From: a virus
Length of the DNA stretch: 64,000 nucleotides
Strand: one strand, 5' to 3'
Virus record (IMG/VR): IMGVR_UViG_3300017783_000010
Span: 5,724-69,723 of that record
The notes beneath the pieces are model-generated. The model searched no databases. It was not told the origin of the DNA and saw only the letters and a list, made by a program, of their open reading frames with translations. The translations under genes and the position numbers were made by a program. Below are positions 59,307-64,000 of this stretch, piece by piece; position 1 is the stretch's first letter, and each line of letters opens with the position of its first letter.

Positions 59307-59404
59307 TGCTTGCGTATGCTTGCGTATGCTTGCGTATGCTTGCGTATTCTTGCGTATTCTTGCGTATGCTTGCGTATTCTTGAGTATGTTTGCATATGTA
59401 AGTA
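59307..59404 (+). repeat. 10-bp tandem repeat (about 9 degenerate copies)
   Basis: t(g/t)cttgcgta units enclosed by cccgcaat / attgcggg inverted ends. Confidence 0.9.
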
Positions 59405-59432
59405 TTGCGGGTTAATAATATTTTAATTTTAT

Positions 59433-60857
59433 ATGTTACAATTAACTAATCCAATTCCTGAGTCTATTCGTGATTCCAAGAAGTTGGGTATATTATTTAA
59501 GAAGTATAATATAATGCCGTATTATGGTACTACTGATGAGAGTAGTCATAGTATGTTGCGTTTATTATATGATGTGAGTTCGGTAAGTCAGAGTCATGTA
59601 GCGTGTAAATTAAATATTATAAGTTACGCATTTGGCGAGCAGTTGGATATAAAGCAGCCTCATGTTACTGGATTTTATGATACTGAGAATTTGGAGAACA
59701 CCTTAGATCGTTCTACTAAGATATCTTATATTGAGGCTTTGCGTGGGATTGGATTACGTTTAACTGATATTATTGATTACACTAAATCGGGGTATCATCA
59801 TTACACGGATTCTGGGAATGCTTGGTTTATTATACGTTTAGTTAAGGCGGGAGGAGAGAGTAAGGTATATATTGAGCCTGTTCATTACACGCAAGTTGCG
59901 TTATTGGTTCCTCGCAGTGGTTCTAACAATTTAAAGAATGCGATTGTAACGGAGTATTGGGATGAGGATTATTGGAGGCAGCGTAAGCCGAAGGTATATC
60001 CTGTTACTGATATGTTTGCTGAGGAGTGGAATTGGCGTGAGAGGGGTAATGGTACTATTTTTGAGACTATTGTACATATAAAGAATAATGCTGACAAGAG
60101 CAAGTTTTATGGTAGGCCAGATACATTGAGTGTATTAAATTATATGTATAGTGAGTATGCGTTTAGTGATGTAAGTGCTAAGATAAGTGGTACTGAGTTT
60201 GTCACAAAGAAGGTATTAGCCTTTGAGGAGTTAGACCCAACACGTTATGATGGGGATGAGGAGGATAAGATTATGCAGCATCGCAGGCGTATGAATTCAT
60301 TGAGGTTATTAATGACAAGGGAAGGCGATCATTTGCAAGCTAAAAGTTTGGCAGGTATTGAGTATCCGTTTGGTCAGAAGCCTCCTGTGCCTATTGATTT
60401 GGAATTGAATAGAGATTGGGCATGGAAAGATAAGGAGTTAGATAGGGCTAGTTCTTATATTTATGCTATGCATGGATGGGAGAAGCAGTTAACAGGAATG
60501 AAAGAAGTAAAGAGTAATACTGGTAGTAATATTGTTATTGACTTATTTAATATTAAGAATGTGACAACTATTACACCTTTGCAGAAATTTTGGGAAAACA
60601 TATGGGGATGGATGTTAAATGAGATAGGTAGTGTATTATTGCCTAGTCAAGAGATGTACAGCATTAAGTTTCAAGATAAGATTAAGGAGTTAGTAAATAT
60701 GTTAGCCTTGACTCAAGATGCAGATGTAGTAGCCCAATTAAATTATAATTTGAAGAGTGGTGCGAGAGTTGATGTAAAAGATAGTAGTGCTGCAGCTAAT
60801 AAAGACCTAATTAAGAACACATTAAACGAAGATTCTGATGCTGAAGTTGATGAGTAA
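59433..60857 (+). CDS. Portal protein
   Basis: 474 aa; S.SHVAC..., GNAW, FYGRPD, YAMH, TITPLQ pattern. Confidence 0.7.
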   Translation: MLQLTNPIPESIRDSKKLGILFKKYNIMPYYGTTDESSHSMLRLLYDVSSVSQSHVACKLNIISYAFGEQLDIKQPHVTGFYDTENLENTLDRSTKISYIEALRGIGLRLTDIIDYTKSGYHHYTDSGNAWFIIRLVKAGGESKVYIEPVHYTQVALLVPRSGSNNLKNAIVTEYWDEDYWRQRKPKVYPVTDMFAEEWNWRERGNGTIFETIVHIKNNADKSKFYGRPDTLSVLNYMYSEYAFSDVSAKISGTEFVTKKVLAFEELDPTRYDGDEEDKIMQHRRRMNSLRLLMTREGDHLQAKSLAGIEYPFGQKPPVPIDLELNRDWAWKDKELDRASSYIYAMHGWEKQLTGMKEVKSNTGSNIVIDLFNIKNVTTITPLQKFWENIWGWMLNEIGSVLLPSQEMYSIKFQDKIKELVNMLALTQDADVVAQLNYNLKSGARVDVKDSSAAANKDLIKNTLNEDSDAEVDE

Positions 60858-61593
60858 AACTTTATTAACACCTGCAGAAGTAATGTATTATGCAGGATTA
60901 GGGGAAAGTTTTCCTAGACTTACTTTACGTAATATATTTACTATGGAGTATCAAGAATCTAGGACACTGATTGGAGAAACTTTTTATGCGGAATTGCTTG
61001 CAGATTTAGTAGAGCATACAGATGTACGCAACTTTACAGAATTTGTTATTGAGAATGACGGTACTACCAATTGGGATATAGGAGACAACTTTGTATATAA
61101 TGGTTTAGTGTATACTGTAAAATTAAAGCCTGATTTTACTGATCCAAATATTTTTGCTTATTATTTCGGGCAAACCCCCGAATTTTTAGTAGGTCAAGAT
61201 AGCGGTATTTTTAAGTATGGAGATAAATTTACTATGCCCGCATTTAGTAAGCTTTGGTATGATTTTATGGCTGAATGGCTTTCATGGCAAGTAGTTGCAA
61301 ATTTATTAGGTACTATGCATTCACAAATTAGACCTGAAGGTATAGTTAAAAATCTAGGTAAGACTTACGAACACGCAAGCGATGAGGAGTATCATATTTT
61401 ACATAAAGCTTGTTTAGGTAATGCTGAGAGAGCTTATTTTAATATGAACCATTTTATACTAAGTAATAATAGTGATGGAGTGTATGATAATTATAAACCT
61501 ATTTTAGAAGATGGTCTATCATCTATTGATGACTTATCTTCTATAAATGATAAAGTAAAAGGAGCAGGATATGGTAGATATTATTTTGGATAG
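60838..61593 (+). CDS. Head-tail adaptor-like protein
   Basis: After portal; LIGETFYAELL, GIVK motifs. Confidence 0.5.
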   Translation: MLKLMSKTLLTPAEVMYYAGLGESFPRLTLRNIFTMEYQESRTLIGETFYAELLADLVEHTDVRNFTEFVIENDGTTNWDIGDNFVYNGLVYTVKLKPDFTDPNIFAYYFGQTPEFLVGQDSGIFKYGDKFTMPAFSKLWYDFMAEWLSWQVVANLLGTMHSQIRPEGIVKNLGKTYEHASDEEYHILHKACLGNAERAYFNMNHFILSNNSDGVYDNYKPILEDGLSSIDDLSSINDKVKGAGYGRYYFG

Positions 61594-61963
61594 TATTGAA
61601 AGATTCAAAAAAAATACCTTACTAAAAGCAGCTTTTGCAGGCGTAGAACTAGCAAAAAGGGAGCATGGGGATGCTCGTGTTAAGGTATGTAGTGAGTGCC
61701 CGCTTGCAGGCAAAGTTGAGGTTATGGGTATCAAGATGGATGGATGTACTGAGTGCGGTTGTCCATTTGCTACAAAGCCTTATATGCTAAATATGCCTCG
61801 TTTAAAAGATAAGATGGATGAGCCATTATCTTTTGACGAGCTAATCAAATTAAGAACCAACAAAGAGTCTGAGGACTTTCAGATGGTAAAGATAACTTGT
61901 CCTCACCCGAATGGGAATAAATGGTCGCAAGTTGATAACACTTTTTTAAATTTAAAAAAATAG
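61571..61963 (+). CDS. Cys-rich (Zn-binding) hypothetical protein
   Basis: CSECP, CTECGC, CPHPNGNKW. Confidence 0.55.
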   Translation: MVDIILDSIERFKKNTLLKAAFAGVELAKREHGDARVKVCSECPLAGKVEVMGIKMDGCTECGCPFATKPYMLNMPRLKDKMDEPLSFDELIKLRTNKESEDFQMVKITCPHPNGNKWSQVDNTFLNLKK

Positions 61964-61967
61964 TCAA

Positions 61968-62747
61968 ATGTTAATTAAAGACATTTCAAAATTCGGGTTA
62001 TTTAGAGACAACCCTCATGCTGATCCAATCAATAACTTAAAGTTCTCTACAAAATCTCAAGAGAGTGAAACGACAAGCGTAGGTCAAGATACTATTGTTT
62101 GTGCAGGTGCAGATAGTGATACACTAGAATCTGTAACTTACACAAAAGAAGGTGTAGACTATGTTATGTATCCTGAGAAGACTATCGTAGCTACCGATAC
62201 GGATGCAGTATTTAACTTTATCTTCGAGAAAGTATTACGTATTTATGAAGTAGATGCTTTCTTAGATGTTTCTTATGATGCAGCATCTTCAGGTACAGTT
62301 ACAGTAGTACATATAGGTGAAGGCTCACTTTCTGCTATCAAATTAGCAGGCGAAACTGAGGACGCAGCTGCTAGAGTTACTACTGTAGAAACAGTTGCTA
62401 CTTACCGTTTGGATGTTGCTTCTGTAGCAGCAACAGTAGACGCTTTCTCTGATAGTGTTGATTCAGTTGCAGTAGGTACAGAAATTTCTGCGATCACTGC
62501 GATCACTGCAGATAACGCTAGTGAAGCAGCACAATTGAAAACAGCTCTAGTAGCTACTTGCTTTGCAGGCTTAACGGATACAACGCTCGCAAATAGTGCA
62601 ACTGTAGAGGTTACTCCTGATATGGTTACAGGTCTTTATATCGTAAAAATCTCAGTTGCAGATACTTATGATAAGACTATGAGTTTGACTTTAGGAGGTA
62701 CAATCTACAATTTCGATAAGGTAGCGTTCAGTAAAAGATTTGTATAA
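61968..62747 (+). CDS. Probable virion structural protein
   Basis: 259 aa A/T/V/D-rich; followed by a terminator. Confidence 0.5.
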   Translation: MLIKDISKFGLFRDNPHADPINNLKFSTKSQESETTSVGQDTIVCAGADSDTLESVTYTKEGVDYVMYPEKTIVATDTDAVFNFIFEKVLRIYEVDAFLDVSYDAASSGTVTVVHIGEGSLSAIKLAGETEDAAARVTTVETVATYRLDVASVAATVDAFSDSVDSVAVGTEISAITAITADNASEAAQLKTALVATCFAGLTDTTLANSATVEVTPDMVTGLYIVKISVADTYDKTMSLTLGGTIYNFDKVAFSKRFV

Positions 62748-62771
62748 TCAATTCTCTCATTCTATAATTAT

Positions 62772-62807
62772 AAGGGAAGCTTATTAATTTAGGTTTCCCT
62801 TTTTTTT
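62772..62807 (+). terminator. Intrinsic terminator
   Basis: aagggaagc...ggtttccctt followed by a T run. Confidence 0.7.
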
Positions 62808-62818
62808 AAATTTAAAAA

Positions 62819-64000
62819 ATGAAACAGTTATTTAATATATCAGCATTATTTCTTTTAATGCTATTCAGTAATAACATAATGTCTCAATCATACTCTTTAT
62901 ATTGTGTTGATGACTATTTTGTTAATGCTCCTGAGTGCGACTTATGCGCTCAGTATGGATCGGGTAGGCAGTTTTTTAATGGTCTAGTATTAGATTCTAG
63001 GGCGTCAGGAAAAGACATTTTAGTGCGTAGTCCTTACGATATTTTAGTACGAGGTAATACCGTTATCCTTAGAGATTGGACTATGAAAAAGGTTACTATT
63101 AATATGAGTAACATAAAAAACTTTTCAACGCCTTTTAGCCTTCTCAGCTATTTAAAAGATTGTAGCGGAGGTACAGGGCAAGGCGGTGGAGGATTATCGG
63201 ACGGTGATTATGGAGACATGACAATCTCAGGAGATGGTAAAATTATCACATTAAAAAATGATATAGTTGGGGCAGATGAATTACAAAATACTACGGTTGT
63301 AGCAGGAACTTACAATGTATCAAATATAACTGTAGACGCTCAAGGTAGGATAACTAGTGCAAGTGCTGCTACTGCAGATTTGCTGCCCTTAGCTACCCCT
63401 CTTTCAGGTAATAATAATGTAGAATCTGCTTTAGTATATCTTGATAATAAACCTGCACCAGATGGTTCTGAAACAAAAATTGCAGATGGAACTAATAGTA
63501 TGGTAGTAGGCTCTGGTACTATTGCCGATCCTTATAGAATTAATGTTTCTTCTGGTACAGCTACAGTAGGTGATGGAGACTATGGAGATGTTGTAGTTTC
63601 TAGCGGTGGTACTGTATGGACTGTTACTGGTGGAGGTTCTACACAAATTGCTACTATTTCTGATTTGTCAAGTCTTAGCCCTTCTGATAACGATAGAATA
63701 TATGTCGAAGGTTACTACTCTCAATTTGATGGGGGTCAAGGATATTTTGTGTATGACGCAACCCTTGTATTAAGCACAACAAATGCAAATAGTGGTTCTA
63801 TTATAGACCCTGCTTCAATGACTACATGGGATGGTACTCAATCAGATATTAACGATCTGCTTACAGAACAAGCAGCAAGCACAAACACTGGTGCATGGGT
63901 TAGAGAAGAGTATTATGAATCTGGCATATTTACTTCTGGACAAGTAGGTATTGTTAATGATACAACAATTGCTCAAGACATTGCTTTTGATAACGCTATA
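62819..64000 (+). CDS. Tail fibre/spike-like protein, truncated by the window end (not in ORF track)
   Basis: ATG 62819, apparently open to the end; DGDYGD repeats, ITVDAQGRIT, VEGYYSQFDGGQG; N-terminus resembles a signal peptide. Confidence 0.7.
   Translation, partial: MKQLFNISALFLLMLFSNNIMSQSYSLYCVDDYFVNAPECDLCAQYGSGRQFFNGLVLDSRASGKDILVRSPYDILVRGNTVILRDWTMKKVTINMSNIKNFSTPFSLLSYLKDCSGGTGQGGGGLSDGDYGDMTISGDGKIITLKNDIVGADELQNTTVVAGTYNVSNITVDAQGRITSASAATADLLPLATPLSGNNNVESALVYLDNKPAPDGSETKIADGTNSMVVGSGTIADPYRINVSSGTATVGDGDYGDVVVSSGGTVWTVTGGGSTQIATISDLSSLSPSDNDRIYVEGYYSQFDGGQGYFVYDATLVLSTTNANSGSIIDPASMTTWDGTQSDINDLLTEQAASTNTGAWVREEYYESGIFTSGQVGIVNDTTIAQDIAFDNAI

Noticed and set aside
1-64000. 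tRNA/rRNA genes, lysogeny module, alternative genetic code
   Set aside because: No cloverleaf or rRNA-like segments seen by eye; no integrase or repressor recognised; long genes are intact in the standard code

Overview
This window is most of an AT-rich, long-tailed dsDNA phage genome. The host is probably in Bacteroidota, based on TTTG/TAnnTTTG-type promoters, AT-rich leaders with no obvious Shine-Dalgarno, Bacteroidota-style signal peptides and a TGTTCCACGTGGAACA parS palindrome. Layout: tail-fibre/lysis genes (1-5.2 kb); replication and recombination (Holliday junction resolvase, DnaB-like helicase, primase, SF2 helicase, PolA, SSB-like, SbcCD, ThyA; 5.5-25 kb); small early genes and an origin/terminus-like region (25-38 kb); packaging, tail and head genes (38-64 kb). 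No integrase, repressor, tRNA or CRISPR array was seen. The main discovery is two integron-like gene-cassette arrays (12.4-14.66 kb and 26.1-28.6 kb). Each small gene is bracketed by its own GTT.../...AAC inverted ends (up to 30 bp perfect), and neighbours are separated by attC-like hairpins. Three observations suggest polarity opposite to classical integrons: the hairpins fold on the sense strand (G-T wobbles), several contain the start codon of the downstream gene, and both arrays end in the same terminal site. No recombinase is present in the window. Other non-coding signals: five AACG/CGTT clusters embedded in genes, a dispersed TGCnnGCA-pair motif concentrated around the parS, and a 66-bp inverted repeat 30 kb apart with structurally conserved hairpins. 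All product calls come from motif recognition by eye; no searches were run.
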